A DNA stretch of 64,000 nt from Acidobacteriota bacterium (lineage in GTDB: Bacteria > Acidobacteriota > UBA890 > WLXD01), in NCBI GenBank assembly GCA_963666055.2, contig CAXWPH010000015.1:2165120-2229119 (forward strand). The letters are read 5' to 3'. Below are positions 9,492-18,921 of the stretch, piece after piece; the stretch's first letter is position 1; the number at the start of each line of letters is the position of its first letter. The notes beneath the pieces were generated by a model. The model saw only the letters and a program-made list of their open reading frames with translations. It did not search any database and was not told the origin of the DNA. Position numbers and translations under genes: made by a program.

Positions 9492-10256
9492 CTAGTCGCT
9501 CTCCGGGCGCCAGCCGGTGCCGACCCACAGGTCAAGGATTCCGGCCAGCTCATGCAGGACCTTCTGACCGTCGTCGGTGTTTGTCCACCATCGATCCGGA
9601 TCGAATGGATCGGCGCGCGCCCAGCGCAACGCACCTTCGATCGAGGCGTCGTCCGCCTCGCTCCAGAGCAGCCTGACGCGGCGCGAATGGGCCTTCGAGG
9701 TGACCAGGATCACGCTCGTGCGGCCCAGCAACTGCATCTCAGAGCGCAGGGCATCGATCTCGTCGCGTGTAGTCAAGACCGGCGCGTCCAGCAGCCGGAT
9801 CGCGCCGGCCGGTACACCCATGCGTTGCAGTACTTGACGTTGCCAGTAGTGCGGCCCGGGAATGCGAACGCCGATGCGCTCCAGGGTACGGCTTCGCTTG
9901 GTCGGGACTAGCGAGGCGATCCAGACCTCGGGCGCGCGACCTTGGCCGTAGAGCTCTGCGGCTTCCATCGCCCGGTAAGGCACATCGCCACCGTGAACGA
10001 AGATCACGTCGGCCTGACCGATCTCGTCCTCGACGACCAGCCAACCTCCGAGCGAACCCAGCAGCCATGGCCCGGCTTGGAACAGGACGAAGAGCACGGT
10101 GGCAATCAGCATTGGCCATCGCCGCCAGCTCTGCGCCGGCCGCCTCTCGCCGGTGCGGGCTTCCGGGTCGACGGGCGGATGGCCGTCCGTCGAGTACGGA
10201 GCGGGGACCGCTGTTGCTGAGGATTCGGGTGGGCGATCGGTCTGTTCGGACTGCAT
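9492..10256 (-). CDS. YdcF/DUF218 family membrane-anchored protein
   Basis: TM helix, then ADVIFVHGG, TT.DE, ILVTSKAHSRR, WW...KVLHE; start uncertain. Confidence 0.78.
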   Translation of the reverse strand: MQSEQTDRPPESSATAVPAPYSTDGHPPVDPEARTGERRPAQSWRRWPMLIATVLFVLFQAGPWLLGSLGGWLVVEDEIGQADVIFVHGGDVPYRAMEAAELYGQGRAPEVWIASLVPTKRSRTLERIGVRIPGPHYWQRQVLQRMGVPAGAIRLLDAPVLTTRDEIDALRSEMQLLGRTSVILVTSKAHSRRVRLLWSEADDASIEGALRWARADPFDPDRWWTNTDDGQKVLHELAGILDLWVGTGWRPESD

Positions 10257-10340
10257 CCCCCGCAGCATAGACCACGCCAGCACCGGTCGTCTTGGACGCT
10301 CTGACCGAAAGCAACGTATATATGCCAGGAGGGGAGTTTC

Positions 10341-11105
10341 ATGACCGACGAACATCGTCCCGAAAAGATTTTCCGTGTTCTGCGACGCAGTCGTGCGGCG
10401 GAGGCGAACTCCGAGGCGTTATGGCGTCGCATCGAGGCACGTCTGGAGCCACCGTCGCCGACGATGGCTAGCCGACTCTTGAGAGCACTGACGGCTGCAA
10501 CTCGACGCCCCGGGCTGCGCTTTGCCGGTGCGGTTACGGCGATCACTGCAGTGGCGGTGGCGATTTGGTGGCAGCCGGCCCGGGTCGGCGAGATTCTTCC
10601 GCAGATCGCCATGCCGGCGCCCACTGCTGATGCCCCGGTATCGATGTGGGAGCTCGACGTTCGGTTGATTCGCGGATTTGACGGTGCGCCGCCCGCCGAC
10701 GTGCGCACGGAGGTTGTCGACGGCGCCGGCGGGGCCAGTCGGTTGGCGGATCTGCGCGCCGACTTCGCAGCGCTCGTGCGTTTCGAAGACTTCGGCCTGG
10801 TGGGCGAGTGGACCGGACAGGTACAGGTGGCAGGTGGCGACATGCCACTGTCCGCCAGTCGGGCCCTGGTGTTCGAGGTGGTGGGCGCCGACGCCGACAA
10901 TGGTGCCCTGCAGCTGCGCAACGTCTGGCTCGAGGGCGAAGAGCGCTTGAAGGTCGCTTCCGAGATGACATTGACCCCAGGCGATCCGCACGTAATCAGC
11001 GTGCAGCCGGGCGCCGAAGTCGAGACTGGAGACTTGTTCCTGGTCATCGGCGTACGCGTCCGTCCGGCGCCGGCGACCCAACCTGCGGACGGCCCGCAGC
11101 AATAA
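10341..11105 (+). CDS. Single-pass membrane protein, putative anti-sigma factor
   Basis: SD GGAGG; LWRRIEARL helix followed by a TM segment and a beta-rich extracytoplasmic domain. Confidence 0.55.
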   Translation: MTDEHRPEKIFRVLRRSRAAEANSEALWRRIEARLEPPSPTMASRLLRALTAATRRPGLRFAGAVTAITAVAVAIWWQPARVGEILPQIAMPAPTADAPVSMWELDVRLIRGFDGAPPADVRTEVVDGAGGASRLADLRADFAALVRFEDFGLVGEWTGQVQVAGGDMPLSASRALVFEVVGADADNGALQLRNVWLEGEERLKVASEMTLTPGDPHVISVQPGAEVETGDLFLVIGVRVRPAPATQPADGPQQ

Positions 11106-11121
11106 GTGAGAGCTCCGCGCG

Positions 11122-12399
11122 ATGCCTGAGTTTTGCTGCCGGGTCGGCGCGCCAAATGGCGCCATCGCCGAACGCTACGTCTCTGCGGTTTCGGCGGCGT
11201 CCGCACGCGAGCAGCTGGCCGCGGACGGCCTCGAGATATTCGACGTCGTCGAGGGCCGCGCCTACACTGCCCTGCCGACCTGGCGTAGGCTCGCGTCCAT
11301 TCAGCTGGGTGGGGCATCCGCGGACTCGGGCCGACGGCTTTTCAGGCGTCGACGGACACACTTGGTACCGGCGGAGCTCTTGCTGTTGAACCAGGAGCTC
11401 GCGGCGCTGGTGAACGCCGGCCTACCGCTGCTTCGATGTGTCGACATCCTCCGCACGCGTCGCGCCGGCTCGGTGGTTGGCAGCATGCTCGATCGGGTTC
11501 GAGGGCTGCTTGCCGGCGGTGAGGGTATCTCCGGCGCGTTTCGACCCGAGATCGATCGGGTTCGGTTGCCCGAGCTATTTGTCACGTCGCTACAAGTCGG
11601 GGAGGCGAGCGGCGACCTGGCAACCGCGATCCGGCGTTACACGGCACACCTCGACAAGTCGTTGAAGCTTCGCGGGCGGGTTCGCGCTGCGATGATGTAT
11701 CCGATGGTGCTGGCTGCCGTATCGCTGGTCGTCGTGCTCATCTTGCTGGTGATGGTCATCCCGCAGTTCGCCGAGTTTTATGCCTCGTCGGGAGCCGAGC
11801 TGCCGTTCACGACGCGCGCCTTGCTGGGGATCGCGGGGGTCGTCTCGCGCTACGGCCTGTTGCTAGCGGGTTTCGCTGCGGTCGGATTCTTGGCGGTGCG
11901 CCGCTGGGCGCGAACGCCGGCCGGGAGAGAGTCGCTCGACGACATGAAACTGCGTGTCCCGGTGATCGGCACGCTGCAGTGCCGGTATTTCGGCCTCGAG
12001 ACCGCGCGCACGCTATCCACGCTGCTGGGCGGCGGTGCCCCACTTGTGGCGGCGCTGCGCGTGACCGCCGAGGGTACCAGCAATCGCGCCTTCCGCCGCC
12101 GGCTCGTGCAGGTGTCCGAGCTGGTGACACAGGGCACGAGCCTGCATGTGGCCTTCGAGACCCACGCCCTTTTCGAGCCTCTCGGTCTCGAGATGGTGCA
12201 GGTCGGCGAATCAACCGGTGCACTCGAAGAGATGCTCGACCATATCGCGACGATGTACGACGACGTTCTCGATCGGCAGGTGACAACCGCTGTGAGTCTC
12301 ATGGAGCCAGCGATGCTCGTTGGCATGGGCCTGCTCGTCGCCGGCATCCTGATGTCGCTCTACCTGCCATTGTTCCAAACGGTGCAGGTAGTAGGATGA
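11122..12399 (+). CDS. Type II secretion/T4P platform protein GspF/PilC family
   Basis: QELAALVNAGLPL, GEASGDL, AMMYP, VGESTGALEEML, LYLPLF. Confidence 0.92.
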   Translation: MPEFCCRVGAPNGAIAERYVSAVSAASAREQLAADGLEIFDVVEGRAYTALPTWRRLASIQLGGASADSGRRLFRRRRTHLVPAELLLLNQELAALVNAGLPLLRCVDILRTRRAGSVVGSMLDRVRGLLAGGEGISGAFRPEIDRVRLPELFVTSLQVGEASGDLATAIRRYTAHLDKSLKLRGRVRAAMMYPMVLAAVSLVVVLILLVMVIPQFAEFYASSGAELPFTTRALLGIAGVVSRYGLLLAGFAAVGFLAVRRWARTPAGRESLDDMKLRVPVIGTLQCRYFGLETARTLSTLLGGGAPLVAALRVTAEGTSNRAFRRRLVQVSELVTQGTSLHVAFETHALFEPLGLEMVQVGESTGALEEMLDHIATMYDDVLDRQVTTAVSLMEPAMLVGMGLLVAGILMSLYLPLFQTVQVVG

Positions 12400-14033
12400 G
12401 CGCGCCGATGGGTCCGCATGAGCACCGGGATCCCCTCGCCGGGGAGGGCGGCGCGAAGCTGCTATCAGCGCACGAACGGCGCGCCAGCGAGCTCGGTATT
12501 CCCTACGTTGACCTCGATGAGGTGCAGCTGGATCGTGCCCTCTTGGCACAAGTTCCGATTGAGCTGATGGTGCGGCACGCCTTCGTACCGCTATTCCGTA
12601 CCGACGACGACTCGCTAGCGATCGCGATGTCCGAGCCCGCGGACGTAGCCGCGCTGAATGCGCTCGAGGGTCTTCTCGACACGGCAGTCGCCGTACGCGC
12701 CGCCGCGCCCGATGCGGTCGAGCGCGCGCTTCGCCGCGCCGGTGCTGGCGAGCGCATCCTGGCTTCCGTCCAGCAGACCTTCGAGCCTGGCGGCGTCGCC
12801 GACGTCGAGGAGGAGGGCAGCCTGACGCTCGCGGGCCTCGCTACAGATGCCGGGCATCCGATCGTGCGGTTGGTCGATACGACGCTGTTGAATGCTATTG
12901 AGCGCCGTGCCTCGGACATTCATGTCGAGACGCGCGACGACGCGGTATGGATCAAGTATCGCGTCGACGGAGTTCTGTACCCGGCCATGGACCCCATCGA
13001 GCTGCGCCACCACGATGCGATCCTGTCGCGCGTGAAGGTCATGTCGGATCTCGATATCGCCGAGAAACGCGTTCCTCAGGACGGTCGATTCAAGCTCAAC
13101 CTGCAAGGTCGGAAGGTTGACTTCCGGGTCTCGATCATGCCCTCGATCCACGGCGAGGACGCCGTCATCCGCATCCTCGACAAGCAGTACCTGGCGGAGG
13201 AATTCTCTGAGCTTCGCCTCGACACGCTCGGCTTCACCGACGCCGACATGCTCAAGATCCGCAAGTACAGCCGGGAGCCATACGGCATGTTCCTGGTGAC
13301 CGGCCCAACCGGTTCCGGCAAGACCACGACGCTGTACGCGGCGCTGTCGGAGATCCGCACCGAGGAGCAGAAGCTCATTACGATCGAGGACCCGGTCGAG
13401 TACCAGCTTCCGGGCATCACCCAGATTCCGGTCAACGAGAAGAAGGGGCTGACGTTTGCGCGCGGCCTCCGGTCGGTGCTACGGCACGATCCCGACATCA
13501 TCATGGTCGGTGAGATTCGTGACCCGGAGACCGCCAACATCGCCGTGCAGTCGGCGTTGACGGGTCATCTCGTCTTTACCACCGTCCACGCGAACAACGC
13601 GATCGACGTCATCGGCCGCCTGATGAACATGGAGGTCGAGGAATACCAGTTCGTGTCGGCACTCAACTGCGTTCTGGCGCAGCGACTGGTCAGACTGATC
13701 TGCAAACACTGCAAGCGCACCGTAGAGCCGAGTGCCACGCTGCTGCGGGACTCGGGGCTGAGCGCTGGTGATCTCGAGGACGGGCCGTTGTACGAAGGTG
13801 CGGGCTGTGTCGAGTGCCGGAGTACGGGCTATTACGGTCGCACGGTGATTGCCGAGCTTCTGGATCTGTCAGACACGGTGCGGGAGATGATCCTGGCACG
13901 CCGTCCGACCTCCGAGATCAGGCGCCAAGCAGCCAGCGAGGGGATCAAGTTCCTGCGCGACTCGGCGCTCGAGAAGGTGAGAGCTGGTCTCACCACGCTG
14001 CAAGAAATCAACAAGGTGACGTTCGTCGACTGA
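12396..14033 (+). CDS. GspE/PilB assembly ATPase
   Basis: ASDIHVE, PQDGR, Walker A GPTGSGKTT, TIEDPVE, LRHDPDIIMVGEIRD, two CxxC pairs; ATGA overlap. Confidence 0.94.
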   Translation: MSAPMGPHEHRDPLAGEGGAKLLSAHERRASELGIPYVDLDEVQLDRALLAQVPIELMVRHAFVPLFRTDDDSLAIAMSEPADVAALNALEGLLDTAVAVRAAAPDAVERALRRAGAGERILASVQQTFEPGGVADVEEEGSLTLAGLATDAGHPIVRLVDTTLLNAIERRASDIHVETRDDAVWIKYRVDGVLYPAMDPIELRHHDAILSRVKVMSDLDIAEKRVPQDGRFKLNLQGRKVDFRVSIMPSIHGEDAVIRILDKQYLAEEFSELRLDTLGFTDADMLKIRKYSREPYGMFLVTGPTGSGKTTTLYAALSEIRTEEQKLITIEDPVEYQLPGITQIPVNEKKGLTFARGLRSVLRHDPDIIMVGEIRDPETANIAVQSALTGHLVFTTVHANNAIDVIGRLMNMEVEEYQFVSALNCVLAQRLVRLICKHCKRTVEPSATLLRDSGLSAGDLEDGPLYEGAGCVECRSTGYYGRTVIAELLDLSDTVREMILARRPTSEIRRQAASEGIKFLRDSALEKVRAGLTTLQEINKVTFVD

Positions 14034-14042
14034 GGCGATGGC

Positions 14043-14954
14043 ATGGCGTACTGGGGGAGCAAAGAACGGGTGGCAATCGGTCTCGGGAAGGACCGACTAC
14101 GCTTGCTGGTAGCGCGCGGAAACGGCTCCGTGCGTGTTGCCCACAGCGATTCGCGTGCGTTGCCACATGGCGCGCTGCGCAGTGGGCTGCGGGCCCCCGT
14201 CTCTGCCGACCGACAGGTGATTGCGGCGGCCCTGAATGAGCTGTTGGACGACGCGCGCGCCGCCGGTTTGTTGCGCCGCCGGCCCGACCTCGTCGCACTG
14301 GTGATTACCGATGGCTCGGTCAAGGTCGCAGCGGCACCGATCGAGGGCAAGATACCCGGAGCTGCCGAGGGTAGCCGCATGGCCCGTTGGGTGCTGCGCG
14401 AGTTGCTGCCTGCGGAGGCCGACACGGCACGCGTAGATTGGGCGATCATGGCCACGCCGGGAGCTGCCGCTGCCGAGCCCGACCGCTGGATGCTGAGCGT
14501 TGGGGGCGATGCAGAATTACTGCGGGAGTACGAGGCCCTCGTTGATCCTTTCGGGTGGACGGTGGGACGTATCGTGCCCTGGACGCTTGCCGCCGCCTCG
14601 GTCGATTACGGCGACACGACGCAGGCGGAGAGCGACTCGGCGGACGCCGACGAGTCGCCTCGGCGGCTCATCTTGTGCGAGGCCGACGGCACGCTTGCCT
14701 GCTTGTTCGAGGCCGGCGGCGTGCCGCGATTCCACCGTGCGTGGCGCGCCCGGGTCGACGGTGATTGCGTTGCTGAGGAGCTGCCATCGCTGCGACGTTA
14801 CGTAAACGACCACCTCGAAATGACCATCGGGCACGTGTGCTTGTGTGGCACAGTCGATTGGTCGACAGCGGTTGCGGCGGCTTGCGATGCGGTCGACCTG
14901 GAGGTGCGGCGCGTGAAACCCGAGGAAGCACTGGCCGGAGCGCTGCGCGGATGA
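14043..14954 (+). CDS. PilM/GspL-like cytoplasmic alignment protein
   Basis: Position after the ATPase; actin-like layout with ELLREYEALV motif; divergent. Confidence 0.6.
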   Translation: MAYWGSKERVAIGLGKDRLRLLVARGNGSVRVAHSDSRALPHGALRSGLRAPVSADRQVIAAALNELLDDARAAGLLRRRPDLVALVITDGSVKVAAAPIEGKIPGAAEGSRMARWVLRELLPAEADTARVDWAIMATPGAAAAEPDRWMLSVGGDAELLREYEALVDPFGWTVGRIVPWTLAAASVDYGDTTQAESDSADADESPRRLILCEADGTLACLFEAGGVPRFHRAWRARVDGDCVAEELPSLRRYVNDHLEMTIGHVCLCGTVDWSTAVAAACDAVDLEVRRVKPEEALAGALRG

Positions 14955-15610
14955 GTCGCTTTCCGGTCAACCTGGCCGCGCAGCCGATCGAGAAGGTGCG
15001 CGCGGCGCGGCGGGCAGTAGCGTACGCGGCGGCGGCGACGCTGCTCGTGAGCCTGGCCCACCTGGCGTTTCTGGGGTGGGCAACGGGCGCAAGAGGCGTG
15101 CCGCAAGCGACGTCGCAGGCCTCCATCGACACATCAACGTTGGCACAGTGGCAGGCGGAGGTGGATCGCTTGGCCGCGGTTGCCGATGTGGAGCGCGCTC
15201 GTGCGGCTGGCGAGGCTGTCGCAAGCGGAAACCAGCTCATCGCCTGGAGAACAATCCCTTGGCGCTCGATCTTCGCGGACCTGGAGCAGGTGCTGCCGCA
15301 GCGTGCGCGCCTCGAGGTGGTGGCGCCTGGAATCGATGGCGACGGGGCAGTGCGGATCCAGATGACGGCCGCCGCGACTGACCCGGGCCCCTTGCAGGAC
15401 CTGTTGCTGGAACTCGAGTTGCACCCGGCCTTTGAGCAGGCCTGGCCAGACCGTGAAGAGACGCTTCCGGACGGATCGTCGCGGATGACGTTGCGGGCGC
15501 TTTACGTACGTCGCGGCGAGCCCGAGGCGGACGCGGATACGGGGCCCACCGAGGCACCCCCTCCGACTACCCGGCAGGCATCCTCCGGAATCGACCAGGA
15601 CGAGCAATGA
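14951..15610 (+). CDS. PilN-like protein
   Basis: N-terminal VNLA.QP, TM helix, coiled coil, PW..IFADLE.VLP. Confidence 0.75.
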   Translation: MSRFPVNLAAQPIEKVRAARRAVAYAAAATLLVSLAHLAFLGWATGARGVPQATSQASIDTSTLAQWQAEVDRLAAVADVERARAAGEAVASGNQLIAWRTIPWRSIFADLEQVLPQRARLEVVAPGIDGDGAVRIQMTAAATDPGPLQDLLLELELHPAFEQAWPDREETLPDGSSRMTLRALYVRRGEPEADADTGPTEAPPPTTRQASSGIDQDEQ

Positions 15611-16728
15611 TCGACTCCCGCAGATCACGTTGGTTGCGCTCGAGCTCCGAGGTCGGATCGTTGTCGATCGATCTAGGCCCGGGGTGGAACCTCGTCCGAC
15701 CACAGCTCTTCGGGGTCATTCTGTTGCTGGCTGCCAACCTGGCGGTTTTCTTGGGAGTTACGTGGCCGCGCTGGAGCTCGAGCGCCGCAGTCGATACGGC
15801 GTCGCGCCAAGGCGTTGCCGCGCAGGCAGCGCTGGGGCCGTCACTGGAGCGTGCACGCCGCATCTACGGCCGCGTGCTGAATGCCGAGTCAGGAGTCACG
15901 GAGCTTCGCGAACGTATCGGTGGCGGCGCGGTGTCGGAAGTCGTGTCGACGTTGCGAGCGGCAGTGGACGCTGCCGGCCTCGGCGCAGTCCGTATCGGTT
16001 ATGCGGTGCAGCCGGTGCCAGAGCTCGGGCTGATGCAACTGCAGATCGACCTGCCGCTACGCGGCAGCTACCGGCAGCTACGTCGGTTTCTCGACGAGGT
16101 GTTGGCCGGCCCGATGTTCGTGGTGCTCGAGCGCATCGGCGCGTCAACGCCCTCGCTAAACGATCCAACTGGGCAGCTCTTACTGTCGACGACAGCCTCG
16201 GTATTTGTGCGAGCCGCCGACGATAGTGCGGAACCGTCGGTCGTCACCGCCTCGCCGATCGAGATAGATGATCCGCTGGCGCTGGCGAGCTCGCTGGCAG
16301 CGCGTCTGCAGGCCTTACCGACCATCCCGGTGTCGGCAGAGGAGCTCGAGCTGCGATTGGAGCAACTAGATACGCCGTTGCCCGCCAAGACCCAGACGCG
16401 CCGGAACCTCTTCGCGTTTCCGCTACAGGTGACGGTGGCCGAGCTCGGTCCGGAGGAAGCCCTCGCGGCGCTCGCCGAACAGTTCATTCCTGATCCGGTG
16501 ACCCCGTATCAGCTCATCGGCGTCACGCGTACCCGCGATGGGTTGCTGGCAACGCTCACCGGTGACGATCGGGTGTTGCTGGTGCGCCACGGCGAGCTGC
16601 TGCCGGATGGCTATCGCGTCGCCCACGTCGATCTTACCAGCGTGGAGCTGGAAGCAGGCAATGAAACCACGCGGCTGTCGCTGCGAAGAGACGAGAACCC
16701 CGGAGAGTTAACGGAGCGAGACCGATGA
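15607..16728 (+). CDS. PilO/GspM-like protein fused to a PilP/GspC-like C-terminal domain
   Basis: TM helix, LPLRGSYRQLRRFL (PilO); then RRNLFAF and YQLIGV...G.L.DGYRV beta domain. Confidence 0.68.
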   Translation: MIDSRRSRWLRSSSEVGSLSIDLGPGWNLVRPQLFGVILLLAANLAVFLGVTWPRWSSSAAVDTASRQGVAAQAALGPSLERARRIYGRVLNAESGVTELRERIGGGAVSEVVSTLRAAVDAAGLGAVRIGYAVQPVPELGLMQLQIDLPLRGSYRQLRRFLDEVLAGPMFVVLERIGASTPSLNDPTGQLLLSTTASVFVRAADDSAEPSVVTASPIEIDDPLALASSLAARLQALPTIPVSAEELELRLEQLDTPLPAKTQTRRNLFAFPLQVTVAELGPEEALAALAEQFIPDPVTPYQLIGVTRTRDGLLATLTGDDRVLLVRHGELLPDGYRVAHVDLTSVELEAGNETTRLSLRRDENPGELTERDR

Positions 16729-18917
16729 GCTTGAAAGAACACGTGGTCATACCCAGGGATCGGCGGCACCATCTGGCGGCGATTATCTGCGTCCTCGTCC
16801 TCCTGGTAGGGGCGACAGCATGCGCCAGTGGAAGCAGCCCGCTGAACCGAGCCGACGCGCACGCCCGCATCGGCGAGTGGGACACGGCCATCGTCTACTA
16901 CCAGCGGGTGCTCAAGAACGATCCCGGTAACCGCACGGCACGTTCGAAGCTGCTGCTGGCGCAGACCAATGCCTCGCAGTTCCATCGCGTTCAAGGGAAG
17001 GCGCTGGCCGAGGGCGGAGATCTGCAGCGCGCACAGCTCGAGCTCGAGCTTGCCGTGCGGCTGGATCGCACCAATCAAGCTGCGGTTGTCGAGCTGCGCA
17101 AGGTGAGCGAGGCGGTGGAAGCAGAGCGGCTCAGTCGCGACGAGCAACGGACGGCCATCGAACGGGCGGTCGACGCATCGATGGATGCCCCTGCGCCATT
17201 ACCCGAGCTCGAGCACCACGCCATCGGCCGAATGTCATTCGACTATCGCCGCGCCAGGATCAAAGACATCTACCGTGCTATGGGCCGTCTGGGCGGTATC
17301 AACATGCTGTTCGACAGAGACGTCGACAACCCCAACACATCGTTCTTTCTCGCCGACGTCACGTACGAGCGCGCGCTCGAGATTCTGACCGCGGCGCACG
17401 GCCACTTCTACCGGGTGATGGCGGCCAATACGATCCTTATCGCCGAAGATACGCAGCAGAAGCGGCGGCAGTACGAGCCACAGGTGATGCGAACGTTCTA
17501 TCTCTCAAATGGCGACGCGGAACAGATCGCCAGCACGTTGCAGACCATTCTCGGAGCGCGCCAGGTCATGCCCACGCCGACGCTCAACGCCGTCACGATC
17601 CGAGACTCCGCGGAGTTGGTCGAGGTCGCCGAGCGGTTGATCAAGTCGCTTGACAAAGCTGGCGGCGAAGTGCTGCTCAACGTGGAGATTTTCGAGGTCA
17701 ACCGGTCGGTGATGGACGACTATGGCCTGTCGCTGCAGCCGGACTATTCAACCACCGCGTCGATTGGCCAGACGGAAGCCGGCATCTCGTTGGCCGATCT
17801 GGGGAGCCTCACCACTCAGAACGCCTTTCTCACGATCCCGTCGTTGCGCTATCAGTTCATGAAGCAGGACTCGTCGTTCCGGCTCATCGCGCAACCGCAG
17901 CTGCGAGCCTCCGACGGCCAGATATCGTCGCTGCTGGTCGGCGAGCAACGGCCGATTATCAGCACCACGTTCAACCCCACGAGTACCGTAGGCGGCAATG
18001 TGGTTCCGATCTCCTCCACGGAGTACCGCGATGTCGGCATCGTTATCGATGCCACGCCGCGCGTCCATCATGACGGCACGATCACGCTGCAGCTCGTGCT
18101 CCAGGTGACGGCGGTGCAGGAGGGGAGCGGCGCCCTGGAACAGCCCGTGTTCACTGCGCGCACGTTGACGACGACGTTGCGCCTGATGGAGGGCGAGACC
18201 AACCTGTTGGCCGGGCTGCTCCGCGACGACGAGCGCACTGTGTACACAGGCCTGCCGATCCTGTCCGAGATTCCGGTGCTCAAGCATCTCTTTGGCAGCA
18301 CCTCGAAGACTGTTCTGCAGACCGACATCGTGATGTCGATCACGCCGTATATCGTGCGCATGGCCGATATCACCGAGGCCGACCTCGCAGCGGTTTACGT
18401 CGGCACCGAGGATGCGATCAGCGGCGGCGGAGGCCGACGCGGCGGCCGAAGTCGGTCAGGTCAAGACGAAGACAGTGATTTCGAGGCCGGCGATGCCGAT
18501 CCGATTCTCGTCAGCCTGATGCCCGCTGATCAGAACGCCCAGGTGGGCCAGACGCTGAGCGTCGATGTCATGACGGACGGCGACGCCGATATCAACAACG
18601 TCGGGCTGCGGGTGAACTGGAACCCACAGGTGCTGCAATTTGTGGAAGCCAGGGAGGGTAACCTCCTGAGCTCCGACGGCTCGGAGACCACCTTCTCGAG
18701 CAGCGCGGCCACTCAGGGCACGGTGGCGATCGGGATTGGACGCGTCGGGCAAGTGGGTGGAATACGGGCTCGCGGCGTGCTTGCGACCCTCAATTTCCGC
18801 GTTGTCGGCGCGGGTCAGACGCCGGTACAGATCATCTCGGCGGCGCTACGCGACTCTGAGGGGCGTCCGCTGCCCGTGGCGTTCCGGGCCGCTGCGGTCG
18901 AGGTGCAGGAGGATTGA
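16725..18917 (+). CDS. Lipoprotein secretin (GspD/PilQ family) with N-terminal TPR and C-terminal cohesin-like domain
   Basis: Lipobox ATAC, TPR helices, RTFYLSN, YRDVGI, GETNLLAGLL, GLPILSEIPVL; C-terminal WNPQVLQF...GVLATLNF. Confidence 0.9.
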   Translation: MSLKEHVVIPRDRRHHLAAIICVLVLLVGATACASGSSPLNRADAHARIGEWDTAIVYYQRVLKNDPGNRTARSKLLLAQTNASQFHRVQGKALAEGGDLQRAQLELELAVRLDRTNQAAVVELRKVSEAVEAERLSRDEQRTAIERAVDASMDAPAPLPELEHHAIGRMSFDYRRARIKDIYRAMGRLGGINMLFDRDVDNPNTSFFLADVTYERALEILTAAHGHFYRVMAANTILIAEDTQQKRRQYEPQVMRTFYLSNGDAEQIASTLQTILGARQVMPTPTLNAVTIRDSAELVEVAERLIKSLDKAGGEVLLNVEIFEVNRSVMDDYGLSLQPDYSTTASIGQTEAGISLADLGSLTTQNAFLTIPSLRYQFMKQDSSFRLIAQPQLRASDGQISSLLVGEQRPIISTTFNPTSTVGGNVVPISSTEYRDVGIVIDATPRVHHDGTITLQLVLQVTAVQEGSGALEQPVFTARTLTTTLRLMEGETNLLAGLLRDDERTVYTGLPILSEIPVLKHLFGSTSKTVLQTDIVMSITPYIVRMADITEADLAAVYVGTEDAISGGGGRRGGRSRSGQDEDSDFEAGDADPILVSLMPADQNAQVGQTLSVDVMTDGDADINNVGLRVNWNPQVLQFVEAREGNLLSSDGSETTFSSSAATQGTVAIGIGRVGQVGGIRARGVLATLNFRVVGAGQTPVQIISAALRDSEGRPLPVAFRAAAVEVQED

Positions 18918-18921
18918 CGTG

